64,000 bases of DNA from an uncultured bacterium (GCA_963736115.1 CAVTNR010000014.1:160001-224000); one strand, 5' to 3'; shown: positions 28,103 to 38,724, numbered from the stretch's first letter. A program made the numbers and translations. Notes: generated by a model from the letters alone, not told the origin.

Positions 28103-29524
28103 ATGAAATGCTGGAGAGTGGTGGGAGTGGTCGTCGCGTCCGTGTTTCTGGGATGCGCGGTTGCTCCTTACCGGCAGGCCGAGACTTATATTTCTCAAAA
28201 AGAATATAGGCAGGCGCTGCAGATTTACCTCAAAGCTCTCAACCCCCGGATGCAGAACGGCAAACGGGTGATCGCTTATGAGCCCGAGGCCATGACCGGG
28301 GTCGGCGTGGTGCTCTGGCATATGAAGCGCTACAACACGTCGGTGCGTGTCCTCGGGCAGGTGGTCCGCAGGACGCCCCAGTACGGCAAGGCGCTGTACT
28401 ATCTCGGCGGCAGTTACGAATCGCTGAACAAGCTCGACAAGGCCGGCGAAATCTACCGCCGATACGCCCTGCTCGACCAGTCCGATCCGTACCGGGAATT
28501 TCTCCGCTGGCGTTCGGACTGGTGCGACCGGCGCCTGGCCGGCCAGAACGCGCGGAAAGCCGTGGCCGATGAGGCGTCCGTCAATCTCGCCTCGCTTCCG
28601 AAGGAATCCGTGGCCGTCCTCTACTTCCAGAATCTCTCGAGAAGCGCCTGGTCGCCCCTTCAGAAGGGACTGGCCCAGCTGATCATCAACGATCTGTCCA
28701 GCGTGGAGCCGCTTGTGGTCGCGGACCGGGAGAAGGTGCAGCGGTCCATGGAAGCCATGGGCTGGACGGTTCAGGCCATGGCCCAGGACAATCGGTCGGT
28801 CCAGGTCGCCAGACTGCTCGGATCCAGGACGCTGGTGAAAGGTTCATTCAAAATCCTCCCGAATCAGCGCATCGAGTTGAGTTACGGTTCGGTGTATGTC
28901 TCCGAATCCAGAACCCCGGAATATGTCAAGCTGACGGGCGCGCTTCAGGATCTGATCCCTTTGGAAAAGCGGATGGTCCGGCGCCTGATTGCGGACATGG
29001 GCATCCGGCTGAATGCGGAGCAGGATCGGCTGATTTCAGCTTCCGGCACCCGTGAACTCAAGGCCTTTCTCCATTACTGCAACGGATTGAACGACATGGA
29101 CGCCGGAAAATTCGAATCGGCGCAGGGCAATTTCAAGAAAGCGCTGGCCCTGGATCCTGATTTCTTTCTGGCCCAGGACTGGGTGGCGGATCCGGCCGTG
29201 TACCGGGCCGCGCACGCTTCGCAGTTCGCCGCGATGAACGCGGTGGTCGAACGCATGATGTCCGGAACCGGCCATGGTCCGGGACCCGGCGCGGCCGCCG
29301 GACTCTACACCGTATCGACCGCCGGAAGGCTTGAGGAACTCGGCGTTCTGATGGACGCGGGTTTCCTTCCCGGCAATGATTCACGCGACATGGCAGACAC
29401 GGATTTCGCAGCGACGGGCGGACCGGACATCCTTCCGGGCGCCCTGCCCGCGGCGCCGGCGCCTCCGTACACGCCGGCCCGCTGGGTTTTGCCCGGGCCC
29501 CCGAGCCCGCCGAGCCGGCGCTAG
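28103..29524 (+). CDS. lipoprotein with TPR repeats and CsgG/TolB-N-like domain (triad 1)
   Basis: AGGAGG SD; lipobox VFLGC; TPRs; SVAVLYFQN...PLQKGLAQLIINDLS...ARLLG..TLVKGSF; Pro-rich tail. Confidence 0.82.
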   Translation: MKCWRVVGVVVASVFLGCAVAPYRQAETYISQKEYRQALQIYLKALNPRMQNGKRVIAYEPEAMTGVGVVLWHMKRYNTSVRVLGQVVRRTPQYGKALYYLGGSYESLNKLDKAGEIYRRYALLDQSDPYREFLRWRSDWCDRRLAGQNARKAVADEASVNLASLPKESVAVLYFQNLSRSAWSPLQKGLAQLIINDLSSVEPLVVADREKVQRSMEAMGWTVQAMAQDNRSVQVARLLGSRTLVKGSFKILPNQRIELSYGSVYVSESRTPEYVKLTGALQDLIPLEKRMVRRLIADMGIRLNAEQDRLISASGTRELKAFLHYCNGLNDMDAGKFESAQGNFKKALALDPDFFLAQDWVADPAVYRAAHASQFAAMNAVVERMMSGTGHGPGPGAAAGLYTVSTAGRLEELGVLMDAGFLPGNDSRDMADTDFAATGGPDILPGALPAAPAPPYTPARWVLPGPPSPPSRR

Positions 29525-29571
29525 GCATTTTTCATGCGGATTTCAAACACCGAACGCAAAAGGAGACAAAG

Positions 29572-32500
29572 ATGAAAAGAGCGACCGTTTTCGCGATGTG
29601 GGCCGTTTTAGCGGCGGCCGCATTCGCGCTTCCGGCCAACGCCCAGCAGACGTTGGAGACGCTCAACATGACCGAAATCGGGCGGAATGCCTCCGGGCCG
29701 AACCGCGCCGCTTACGTGTCCGATAATTACGTGCTGGCGGGAAACGGCGCCTACCTCGAAATCTACGAAGTCAAGGGCACCCTGCCGTACCTGGAGAAGA
29801 GGGGAAGCCTGCTGCTTCCGGATGTCGTGGAGGACATCTACGCCGTCGATCAGAGAGCGTACGTCGCCTGCAACGGCGCCGGCCTGCAGATCGTCGATAT
29901 TTCCAGCCCCACGGCCCCCTTTCTGAGGGGTTCGTATGATACGCCCGGAACGGCGATGGGCGTGTTTGTGTGGGAAAACCGGGCCTATGTCGCGGACGGG
30001 CCGGCCGGTCTGCGCGTGGTGAACGTCGCTTCCTCCGTCTCCCCGTATTCGGTCGGGGTTTTCTCCCTGAACAACCGCATTGTCCGCGATGTCAAGGTCG
30101 ACCTCTGGGCGAGCGGCGGCGGCATCCGGACCGTCGCCTACGTGGCCGCGGACACCGCGGGCATCTGGGCGCTCGACGTCACACAGGACAGTGAAATCAT
30201 CCGACTGGGCGCGCTTCGTCTCTCGGGCGCCGCCACCCGGCTTTTCCTGTCTACGACCATCGCCTATGTGGCCGCCGGAGCCGGCGGGCTCAGCCAAGTG
30301 AGCATCACCAATCCCACGGCCATGGCGGTGTACCGCACCTGGGTTCCCGGGGAAGAGGAGCGCGTCGCGATCACCGATGTATTCGTCCAGTCCTCCCGGG
30401 CCTATCTGGCCGATTCGCTGTCCGGCGTCCGCGTGCTGGATGTCAGCGACGTCCCGAACGAAATCGCGCGCCTGGCGACGGACGGCTCGGCCTTGCGGAT
30501 CACGCACAGCATGCCCAGCACGGCGCCGAACACCGCTTTCGTGTCCGACTGCGGCGGCGGACTGCTCATGCTGAACGTCTTCAACCCCCAGCCCTCGCTG
30601 ATCCGCTCGGTCCAGACGGGCGATTCCTTCGTGGACGTTGCCTTCCGCGGAAATGTGCTGTTTGCCGCGGGCCGCCAATCCGGTCTCTGGATTCTGAACC
30701 GGCAGGCCGCGACCCTCACGGACATTCCGGTTCTGGCGCATGTCGACACTCTCGAAACCTGCCAGGGCGTCGCGGTCCGCGACACCCTCCTGCTCGTCTC
30801 GAACGGCCCCCACGGCGTCAAGGTGATGAGCGTCCGGAATCCGCAGAGCCCGCGCATGCTCGCCAGCATTCTCGTCGCGGACGAGGCGCATGACGTGTCC
30901 TTCGACGGGAACCGCGCGGTCATCGCCGGCGGATCCGGCGGCGTGCACATCTACAACATCCTCGATCCCCGTCACCCGACTTTCCTGGGGACCGTTTCCC
31001 TCGGCACCCTTCCGGCCCTTTCGATCGAAGTGGACGAGACGCGGCACGTGGCCTTCGTCTCCACGGATGCGGCGGTCCAGGTGGTCAACCTGGACGACCG
31101 CTCGCTCATGACTTCCTGCGAAGGGACCAACAATTCGCAATCGTCCGACCTCAGCGCGGACGGTAAGACGCTGTACATCGCGGACGGCGTGAACGGCATG
31201 CGCGTTTATGACGTGACGAACGCCGGAGCGCCGCGCGCCGTCACCGGCATGTCCTACAACACGCCCGGCTTCGCCGCCGATATCCGGATGAGCGGGGACG
31301 CGGCGATCCTGGCCGACGGCAACGGCACGGTGAGGATTCTCTCCGTCTCACAGTCCCCGGTGGAGGTGGGGTACGCCCATACCGCCGGATTCAGCGCGGC
31401 CGTCGACCTGTCCGGCGACACGATCGCTGTGGCCGACGGCGCGGCCGGCCTCTACCTGTTCAAGGCGAATTTCACGGGCCATCTGGAGGCCCGGTCGTCG
31501 GTCCTGGATTTCGGGACCGTGGTTCAGTACCGGACCCGCACCCTCTATCTGACCCTGCAGAACACCGGCACCCGGGTCGTGCGCATCCAGTCCGTGAGCT
31601 CCGCGACCGGCAGTTTCAAGACGGGCACGGCCATGCCGATCACCATTTATCCGAACCGGTCCTATACGCTGGGGGTTTATTTTCAGCCCACGGCCGCCCA
31701 GGCCTATGACGACATTCTGACCATCGCCAGCGACGCGGAAAACCCGACGGTAACCGTGCGGGTCATGGGTCTGGGGATCAGCGACACGCCCCTGGCTCCG
31801 TACACGCCGGATTATTACACCTACCTGCTGTACCGGATGGAAGCCCTGCCGGGCGACACGCTCGTGCCCGATTCCTCTCTGTACGGCTACCTGGACGGCC
31901 GGAACACCGGCGCCAGGCTGGTCTCCGCGGATTCGGGAAAAGCAGGTTTCGGCCGCGCGATGAAATTCGAAGCGGCCGACCGGGTGGCGGTGAGACTCGA
32001 TTCCGCGGTCCGGCTCCCGGAAGCATCGGGATTCACGATCGACACCTGGTTCCGCCCCGTGCTGACCCAGACCGGACGGAAAACCATTTTCCGTCTGGCT
32101 CAGGGCGAACGCACGATTTTTGAACTGGGCATCAAGGACCTGACGGCCGCGAAGCGCGGCTTGTACGGCCTGACCATGCCGGTCGCGGGCGAGCCGGTCG
32201 AGGTCGTTTCAGACACCGCGCACGCCATCCTGACTCCGGACTGGAACCATGCCGCCCTGGTGTTCAAATCGAACAACCGTCTGATTCTCTACGTCAACGG
32301 CGATCCCGTGGATACCCTGGAAGTGGCCATCCCGATTCCGAACACCGGTATGACCGGCACGCTCGGCGCCGCGGACAGCGAGAACGGATTCGACGGTTTT
32401 CTGGACGAATTCCGGATCTCCGGGGTTGCGCGGGATGCGTGGGAATTCAACGTCAGCACGGGCCGCATTCAACTGGCCGCGGAAAGCATCAACTTCGGGA

Positions 32501-35500
32501 AGGTGCTGGTCCGTTACTCCCGGGTCCAGTACTTTGATATCCGGAACCGCGGCGCGGGCAAGCTCTGGGTGACGGGCATCAACGCCACCAATGCGCAGTT
32601 CACGGTGTCGCCCTCCGTTTTTGCCATCGGACCCGGCGGCCGGGTGACGGTGCAGGTGCGGTTCTCGCCCCAGACCATGGGCGTCTTCAACGCGCTGATG
32701 AATATCCAGTCCACAGACCCGGTCAACGGCGGACTGCGTTCCGTTCTGCTGACCGGTACCGGATACGAGCAGACCGCGGTCAGCCACTATGAGGTGGACG
32801 GATACACCACCGGTCTCTGGCACATGGACTGGGTGAGGAGTGACACCGCGGTGACGGACACCTCGGCCAGCGGCATCACCGGATTTCTGCGCAGGCCCGG
32901 CGTGTCCAGGAACATCCTTTTCCCGCGGTACGGCGCTTCCTCGCTGTATTTCGACGGAACCACGGGATGGATGGAACTGCCCTATCACGCGGCACTGGAC
33001 TTCGCCGCTTCGGCATTCACAATCGAGACCTGGTTCCGCGCCACTTCGCGTCCGGCAGAGGGCGATTATGACGTGCTCGTCCGGCGCGGCCGGAACGCCT
33101 CCTGTCAGTACGAAATCCTATACGGCGACAGCCTGAATCCCAGCCGGGGACTGGTGGCCCGGGTCTACAATGCCCAGGGTCAGCCGGTCGTTCTGTACGG
33201 GCCGCCGGATTCCACGATGAATGCCACCTACTACAATGTCGGCCTTTCGTGGGACCTCAACAAACTGCGGCTGTATCTGAACGGCGTGTGCGTGGATTCC
33301 ACGGCCCTGACCGGCGGCCTCCGGCCGTCCTCCGAATCCATGGCCGTGGGCGGCAATTACGGCCTCAATCACGGGTTCAACGGATATATCGATGAATTCC
33401 GGATTTCCTCAGTCGCCCGTCAGTACTGGGAGTTCAATGTGACCGGTCCCAAATTCTATTCGACCACCGCGGGCCTGTCTTTCAGTCAGATCCTGCTCGG
33501 TTTGTCCGAGACGGCGTCCTTCCAGATACTCAACACAGGCGACCAGCCTTTGAAGATCACGGCGATTCAGTGGAAACGGAACGTTTTCAGCGTGGAACCC
33601 CGGGTGTTTGAAATCCCGATGGGGGGAAGCCGGACCGTGTCCGTCACCTTCACGCCGACAGCGGCCGGGTCCCAGCCGGATACGCTGGTCCTTTCATGCA
33701 ACGATCCGTCCCTGCGCACCAAGACCATACCGATCGCCGCCACCGCGGTCGATTACCGCGCCAAGGTGCCGTATACGGCGGACGACCACACGCTGGCCCT
33801 GTACCATTTCAATGAAACCACGGGCGTGACGGTCAGCGACGCCAGCGCGAACGAGTTGACCGGAACGGCGGTGAACGGACCGGAACGGGTCGACGGCTAC
33901 TTCAAGCCTTCTTCCGCCGCCGACCTGGCGCTCCGTTTTAACGGGACGAATCAGCTCGTGTCCGTTCCCATGACCGACCAGGAAGATGAAACGGTCTTTC
34001 ATCCGGCGTCCGACAGCTACAGCGTTGAGTGCTTCTTCAGAACCGATACGATCGGGCAGGCGATCTTCTACATGGACGTGCAGAGCGGGACGGACCGGTG
34101 GGGCCTGTCCATCGACGACGCCGGGTTCCTGACCGTCACCGGATTCGGCACGGGCAATGGATGGGTGGCCGACAACGCCTGGCACCATGCCGCGTTCGTG
34201 TACGACCCGTCGGTCCTTCGCGGGACGCTCTACGTGGACGGGTCGATCCAGTTCCAGGGACCCTGGCTCGGTGGCGCGTCCGACACCCGAACGCTCCGCG
34301 CCCTGGTCATCGGCGCCCGGCCGACGGGCACCAACCAGTTCACGGATTATTTCGAGGGCTCCATCGACGAGCTCCGCATCTCGGACGTCGCGCGCAAGCC
34401 CTGGGAATTCCTGTTCGCCGGAAGCGGCATGGAATTGAGCGTCCAGGGCACGCCGGTCGCGGGATCCGGCCAGATCGTGGACGTGAACGTCGCCGCGGAC
34501 ACGGACGAGAAAACCATCACCCTCTTCTACCGGACCACGGGCGATTCCGTCTGGAGTTCGGTTCAGACCACGACGGCCGACCGCATGCGGTACCGGGCCA
34601 CGGTTCCGGCGGCTGCGGTCACCGCGTCCGGCCTGGAACTGTACGCCCGCAAGACCAAGGGGACTGTGTCGGTCACCCAGCCGGTCTTCGATCCGGTGAA
34701 CCGGCCCGTTTCCGTCGCCGTTCGTTTCCGGTCCCTGATTCCGGAAATCACGCTTCCGGCGAAGAAGTATTCGATGGTCTCCGTGCCCGGCAATCTGTCC
34801 CGTCCGTCGGTGCGCGACGTGCTGCGCGACGACCTCGGCGCCTACGACCCCTATGAATGGCGCATGTTCGCGTGGAAGGACACATCGTACATCGAGTATT
34901 CGGACACCCTGTCCGAGGCGGACAGCGCGTCCTTCAACTTCACGCCCGGACGCGCCTACTGGGTCATCACGTCCGCGGCGAAGACCTTTGACGTGGACAG
35001 CGGCCTGAGCGTGCCGGTGTCGCCCGCGAGACGGACGCTCCAGGCCCAGTGGAACATGGTCGGCTCTCCGTTCCCGTTCCCGGTGTCCTGGGACGACTGC
35101 GCCCTGTCCTCCGATGCGATCGGCACACTATACGCCTACGACGGCACCGGATACCGGCTGGACTGGCCGACCCTTGAACCTTGGAAGGGGTATTTCGTCT
35201 ATAACAATCGGACCGCGCCTTCGACGATTTATGTGCCGCCCCGGAAGGCCAAAGGCGGCCAGGCGCTGACCAAGCGCGGCGTTCTCCACGAACTGGCTGA
35301 TGGCGAGTGGATCCTGAAGCTTTCCGCCCAGACGCCCGACGCCAAGGACCTTGATAATTTCTTCGGCGTCCGCGCCTCGGCCGCCGAGACCTGGGACGGC
35401 ATGGACCGCGTCGAGCCGCCCCCGATCGGCGATTATGTTTCTCTGTACGCCACGCACGCCGACTGGTCCGAGAATCCGGGAGCGTACGCGGCCGACATCC

Positions 35501-36054
35501 GTCGGCCCGGAGCGCCCGGGTATGTCTGGGACCTGACTTTGGAAACCCGCCTGGCCGGACGGACCGTGGACCTCTCCTGGTCCGTGAGCCGGACCCTTCC
35601 GGAAGGGTGGGTGGCCTATCTCGTGGATGTGAACGAAGGCACGTCCGTCTGCCTCTCCGAGAAGGACGGCATCCGCGTGGAAACCGGCAAAACCGTGCCG
35701 AACGTGAGGCGTTTCCAGCTTCTCGCTGGAAGCCGCGAGTTCGTCGAATCGAGAAGCGAGGTTCCGCTGCAGCCCGTGGCGTTCGGCCTCTCCCAGAACT
35801 ACCCGAACCCGTTCAATCCCGTGACGTCGATCCGGTATTCGCTCCCGAAGAACGGCCGCGTCCGGCTCACCGTGTACAACCTGATGGGCCAGCGGGTGAA
35901 GGTGCTGATCGACCGGGAGGAGAAGACGGGCAGCCATGAAGAGATGTGGGACGGAACCGACGACCGCGGACTTCGCGCGGCCAGCGGCATCTATCTCTAC
36001 CGGCTTGAATTCCTGGACAAGGTCGCGGTCCGGAAACTGGTCTTTGTGAAATGA
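29572..36054 (+). CDS. giant surface protein (2160 aa): LVIVD repeats, 3x[choice-of-anchor-D/ASH Ig + LamG], unnamed domain, FlgD/Por-tail-like CTD (triad 1)
   Basis: AGGAG SD; signal peptide; AYVADG..GL.VVD repeats; LDFG.V...NTG and G..DE.RIS..AR..WEF units; tail SQNYPNPFNP...RKLVFVK. Confidence 0.88.
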   Translation: MKRATVFAMWAVLAAAAFALPANAQQTLETLNMTEIGRNASGPNRAAYVSDNYVLAGNGAYLEIYEVKGTLPYLEKRGSLLLPDVVEDIYAVDQRAYVACNGAGLQIVDISSPTAPFLRGSYDTPGTAMGVFVWENRAYVADGPAGLRVVNVASSVSPYSVGVFSLNNRIVRDVKVDLWASGGGIRTVAYVAADTAGIWALDVTQDSEIIRLGALRLSGAATRLFLSTTIAYVAAGAGGLSQVSITNPTAMAVYRTWVPGEEERVAITDVFVQSSRAYLADSLSGVRVLDVSDVPNEIARLATDGSALRITHSMPSTAPNTAFVSDCGGGLLMLNVFNPQPSLIRSVQTGDSFVDVAFRGNVLFAAGRQSGLWILNRQAATLTDIPVLAHVDTLETCQGVAVRDTLLLVSNGPHGVKVMSVRNPQSPRMLASILVADEAHDVSFDGNRAVIAGGSGGVHIYNILDPRHPTFLGTVSLGTLPALSIEVDETRHVAFVSTDAAVQVVNLDDRSLMTSCEGTNNSQSSDLSADGKTLYIADGVNGMRVYDVTNAGAPRAVTGMSYNTPGFAADIRMSGDAAILADGNGTVRILSVSQSPVEVGYAHTAGFSAAVDLSGDTIAVADGAAGLYLFKANFTGHLEARSSVLDFGTVVQYRTRTLYLTLQNTGTRVVRIQSVSSATGSFKTGTAMPITIYPNRSYTLGVYFQPTAAQAYDDILTIASDAENPTVTVRVMGLGISDTPLAPYTPDYYTYLLYRMEALPGDTLVPDSSLYGYLDGRNTGARLVSADSGKAGFGRAMKFEAADRVAVRLDSAVRLPEASGFTIDTWFRPVLTQTGRKTIFRLAQGERTIFELGIKDLTAAKRGLYGLTMPVAGEPVEVVSDTAHAILTPDWNHAALVFKSNNRLILYVNGDPVDTLEVAIPIPNTGMTGTLGAADSENGFDGFLDEFRISGVARDAWEFNVSTGRIQLAAESINFGKVLVRYSRVQYFDIRNRGAGKLWVTGINATNAQFTVSPSVFAIGPGGRVTVQVRFSPQTMGVFNALMNIQSTDPVNGGLRSVLLTGTGYEQTAVSHYEVDGYTTGLWHMDWVRSDTAVTDTSASGITGFLRRPGVSRNILFPRYGASSLYFDGTTGWMELPYHAALDFAASAFTIETWFRATSRPAEGDYDVLVRRGRNASCQYEILYGDSLNPSRGLVARVYNAQGQPVVLYGPPDSTMNATYYNVGLSWDLNKLRLYLNGVCVDSTALTGGLRPSSESMAVGGNYGLNHGFNGYIDEFRISSVARQYWEFNVTGPKFYSTTAGLSFSQILLGLSETASFQILNTGDQPLKITAIQWKRNVFSVEPRVFEIPMGGSRTVSVTFTPTAAGSQPDTLVLSCNDPSLRTKTIPIAATAVDYRAKVPYTADDHTLALYHFNETTGVTVSDASANELTGTAVNGPERVDGYFKPSSAADLALRFNGTNQLVSVPMTDQEDETVFHPASDSYSVECFFRTDTIGQAIFYMDVQSGTDRWGLSIDDAGFLTVTGFGTGNGWVADNAWHHAAFVYDPSVLRGTLYVDGSIQFQGPWLGGASDTRTLRALVIGARPTGTNQFTDYFEGSIDELRISDVARKPWEFLFAGSGMELSVQGTPVAGSGQIVDVNVAADTDEKTITLFYRTTGDSVWSSVQTTTADRMRYRATVPAAAVTASGLELYARKTKGTVSVTQPVFDPVNRPVSVAVRFRSLIPEITLPAKKYSMVSVPGNLSRPSVRDVLRDDLGAYDPYEWRMFAWKDTSYIEYSDTLSEADSASFNFTPGRAYWVITSAAKTFDVDSGLSVPVSPARRTLQAQWNMVGSPFPFPVSWDDCALSSDAIGTLYAYDGTGYRLDWPTLEPWKGYFVYNNRTAPSTIYVPPRKAKGGQALTKRGVLHELADGEWILKLSAQTPDAKDLDNFFGVRASAAETWDGMDRVEPPPIGDYVSLYATHADWSENPGAYAADIRRPGAPGYVWDLTLETRLAGRTVDLSWSVSRTLPEGWVAYLVDVNEGTSVCLSEKDGIRVETGKTVPNVRRFQLLAGSREFVESRSEVPLQPVAFGLSQNYPNPFNPVTSIRYSLPKNGRVRLTVYNLMGQRVKVLIDREEKTGSHEEMWDGTDDRGLRAASGIYLYRLEFLDKVAVRKLVFVK

Positions 36055-36089
36055 CCAACGGCCGTCACCCTGTCTCGAAGGGGATTCCC

Positions 36090-37256
36090 ATGATCAAACA
36101 CAGAACCATGCGGATGTTCGGACTGCTGATGCTTCCGGCGCTGGCGGCGGCCCAATGGGCCCCGCCGCCGGCCGGCCCGCGGGGCGGATTCGTGAATACG
36201 GGCCTGTCCTACCAGCAGTGGTCATTCGAGGACGTGGACGAGGGCCTGCAGGAAGTCTGCGCGCCGACCACCGCCTACATCCCGGTGCGGCCGGACCTGT
36301 CGCTTACCATTTCAGGAACGCCGGGCTCGGCGTCCTGGGATCAACTCAAGCTGAGCGGCATGTCGGACACCTGGATCCGGGGGACCTACCGCGTCCCCGG
36401 CGGGCGAACCATGCTGCACGCGGGCCTGGGCCTTCCGACCGGTAAAACGAAGCTCAAGATCGCAGCCGATTCGCTGGGCATGGAGGAGTTCGATCTCTCC
36501 CGCATCATCGGTCAGAACATCTTCCGTTTCCGGCTTCCCGTTTTCGGCCAGGGTCTGGCCGCGAAAATCGGGGCGGGGGCCGCGTTTCCCGCAGGCGAGA
36601 ACGTGGTGATCGGCGCGGGCGCGCATTACATCTACCATGGTTCTTTCGAGCCGGTGGACGCCGACTCATTCGACTACCAGGCGGGCGGGGAAGCGGCCCT
36701 GTTCGGCGGCGTGGACGTGCAGGTCTCGCCGACCGCGAAATGGTCCGTGAACCTCAGCTATACCCTCTACGGCCGGGATAAATTGAACGATGAAACCGTG
36801 TATGCCTCCGGCGAAAAACTGCTGATCAACAGCTCCTTTACGGGGAAGCTGGGACCCGGCACCCTGACCGCCTGGCTCAACTGGCGTCAGAAGGGTAAAA
36901 ACGAATACTGGATCCATACCGGGACACAGACCGAGAGGCAGACGGAAAAGAAGAATTCCAACGGACCGCAGACCGAACTGGACGCGGCCTGGCGCATCCC
37001 GTGGCGCCCGCAGGCGGCGTTCTCCATTCTCGCTACCGGGCGTTTCTACGGCCAGAATGACTACCGCACCGGAGGGGCCGACGTTTACGGCGCCGGAGCG
37101 GGCGTGGACGCCCGGGTGTCTTCACAGCTCTCGGTTTCCCTGAGCCTGATCGGGCTCACGGGCAAGACGAAGGACTGGAGCGAGGCGGCAGAGAAAACGG
37201 TCCGGACCGGACTGACCAGTTTCGATCTCCTGGCCGGAATGACGTACGGATGGTAA
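36090..37256 (+). CDS. putative outer-membrane beta-barrel protein (triad 1)
   Basis: Signal peptide (alternative start 36051), amphipathic Gly/aromatic-rich strands, GMSDTW and GLGLPTGKT motifs, C-terminal aromatic residue (LAGMTYGW). Confidence 0.75.
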   Translation: MIKHRTMRMFGLLMLPALAAAQWAPPPAGPRGGFVNTGLSYQQWSFEDVDEGLQEVCAPTTAYIPVRPDLSLTISGTPGSASWDQLKLSGMSDTWIRGTYRVPGGRTMLHAGLGLPTGKTKLKIAADSLGMEEFDLSRIIGQNIFRFRLPVFGQGLAAKIGAGAAFPAGENVVIGAGAHYIYHGSFEPVDADSFDYQAGGEAALFGGVDVQVSPTAKWSVNLSYTLYGRDKLNDETVYASGEKLLINSSFTGKLGPGTLTAWLNWRQKGKNEYWIHTGTQTERQTEKKNSNGPQTELDAAWRIPWRPQAAFSILATGRFYGQNDYRTGGADVYGAGAGVDARVSSQLSVSLSLIGLTGKTKDWSEAAEKTVRTGLTSFDLLAGMTYGW

Positions 37257-37276
37257 TCGGGCTTTAGGAGGAACCG

Positions 37277-38650
37277 TTGATGAAAGGGAGAATGCTGGCC
37301 GCGCTCGGCGCGCTTATTCTGTTCAGCGGCTGTGCCGCTTCCCGGCACGGGCTCGCGGAAGGCCAGTTGAAGCGCGGGGAGTACGTCCAGGCGCTGCGGT
37401 CCTATCTGAGAGGACTGGAACCGCATGCCCGGGACGGAAAGCGGTTCATCTACTACGAGCGCGAGGCGGTCACAGGCCTGGGCGTGACGTACTGGAATAT
37501 GGAACGGTACGAAACGGCTCTGAAGATTCTCCGGCTGGTCGCGGAGAAGGATCCGGATTACGGAAAGGCCTATTTCTACATGGGCCTGGCCTACGAGAGT
37601 CTCGGAGACGAGGCCAACGCCATCGCCATGTACCGCCAGTACACGAAAATCGACCCGGGGGATCCCTTCCGGCAGGCTCTGGCCGGCCGTTATGATTTCC
37701 TGGCCAAGCGTAAGATCACACATGATATCGAGACGGCGCTGAAAGACGAAGGACGGCTGGACGCCTCCTCGACTCCGGAACGCAGCGTGGCGGTTCTCAC
37801 ATTCCTCAACCTCGGAGACAACCGGGAGTGGGAGCCGCTGCAGAAGGGGCTCGCGGACATGGTGACCCGGGATCTGTCCCGGGTGGAGGGGCTGACCGTC
37901 GTGGACCGGACGAAACTGGATCAGATCCTCTACGAGCTCGGCCTGAATGCGTCGAGTCTCGGGGATTCGGCGGCCGCGAGGCGTGCGGGCATGCTCGCCG
38001 GGGCCCGGTATCTGGTCAAGGGATCCTTTCTGGTCATGCCGGATCTGAAGATGACGCTGGACGCCGGGGTTCATCCCTTTCAGAAGGCGAACCAGCCCAC
38101 GACTTTCAGCGAAGACGGAAACCTTTCCACGATGTTTCAGATGGAGAAGCAGATCGTCCTGAGGATCGTGGATTATTTCGGCATTACGCTGACCACCCGG
38201 CAGAAAGAGGCCGTGCTGGAGATTCCCACGGAGAACGTGTCGGCCTTCCTGCATTACTGCCGCGGCCTGGACGCCCAGGACCAGGACGACTACCGGTCCG
38301 CGGTCGCGTATTTCCGGCAGGCGGTGCGGGAGGATCCCGATTTCCGGATGGCCCGGGACTGGCTCATCGTCCGGGAGCTCTGGGACGCGACGCATGCGCA
38401 GAACCTGCGCCGGGTGGACCGAGACGTCGCTTTTCTGACACGGCGGGGCGCGCGGGCGCGTCTGTCGGCGGACAATCAGCCGGAACTTTTCTCCACGTCC
38501 GGCCGTCTTCAGTGGATGAGCCTGAGGCAGAACGCCGGTTTTCTGCCGGGCACCGATTCAAGAAAATCCTTCCAGGAAGCGGGCCTGTCCGGGGCGTCCC
38601 TCCTCCCGCAGAGGCTGGGAGAGCCCCCGGTTCCGCCTCCGGCCCGGTAG
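37277..38650 (+). CDS. lipoprotein with TPR repeats and CsgG/TolB-N-like domain (triad 2)
   Basis: AGGAGG SD; lipobox LFSGC; paralog of 28103 (YEREAVTGLGV, PDYGKA.FY.G..YESL, SVAVL.F.N, PLQKGLA, LVKGSF, AFLHYC.GL, GFLPG.DSR). Confidence 0.85.
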   Translation: MMKGRMLAALGALILFSGCAASRHGLAEGQLKRGEYVQALRSYLRGLEPHARDGKRFIYYEREAVTGLGVTYWNMERYETALKILRLVAEKDPDYGKAYFYMGLAYESLGDEANAIAMYRQYTKIDPGDPFRQALAGRYDFLAKRKITHDIETALKDEGRLDASSTPERSVAVLTFLNLGDNREWEPLQKGLADMVTRDLSRVEGLTVVDRTKLDQILYELGLNASSLGDSAAARRAGMLAGARYLVKGSFLVMPDLKMTLDAGVHPFQKANQPTTFSEDGNLSTMFQMEKQIVLRIVDYFGITLTTRQKEAVLEIPTENVSAFLHYCRGLDAQDQDDYRSAVAYFRQAVREDPDFRMARDWLIVRELWDATHAQNLRRVDRDVAFLTRRGARARLSADNQPELFSTSGRLQWMSLRQNAGFLPGTDSRKSFQEAGLSGASLLPQRLGEPPVPPPAR

Positions 38651-38724
38651 GCGGCACGGAGACGGGCCGGCTGCCGCGCCTGAACACGGCCGGCCGCGCG
38701 CCGGACGGCTTTTGACGCATTTAT

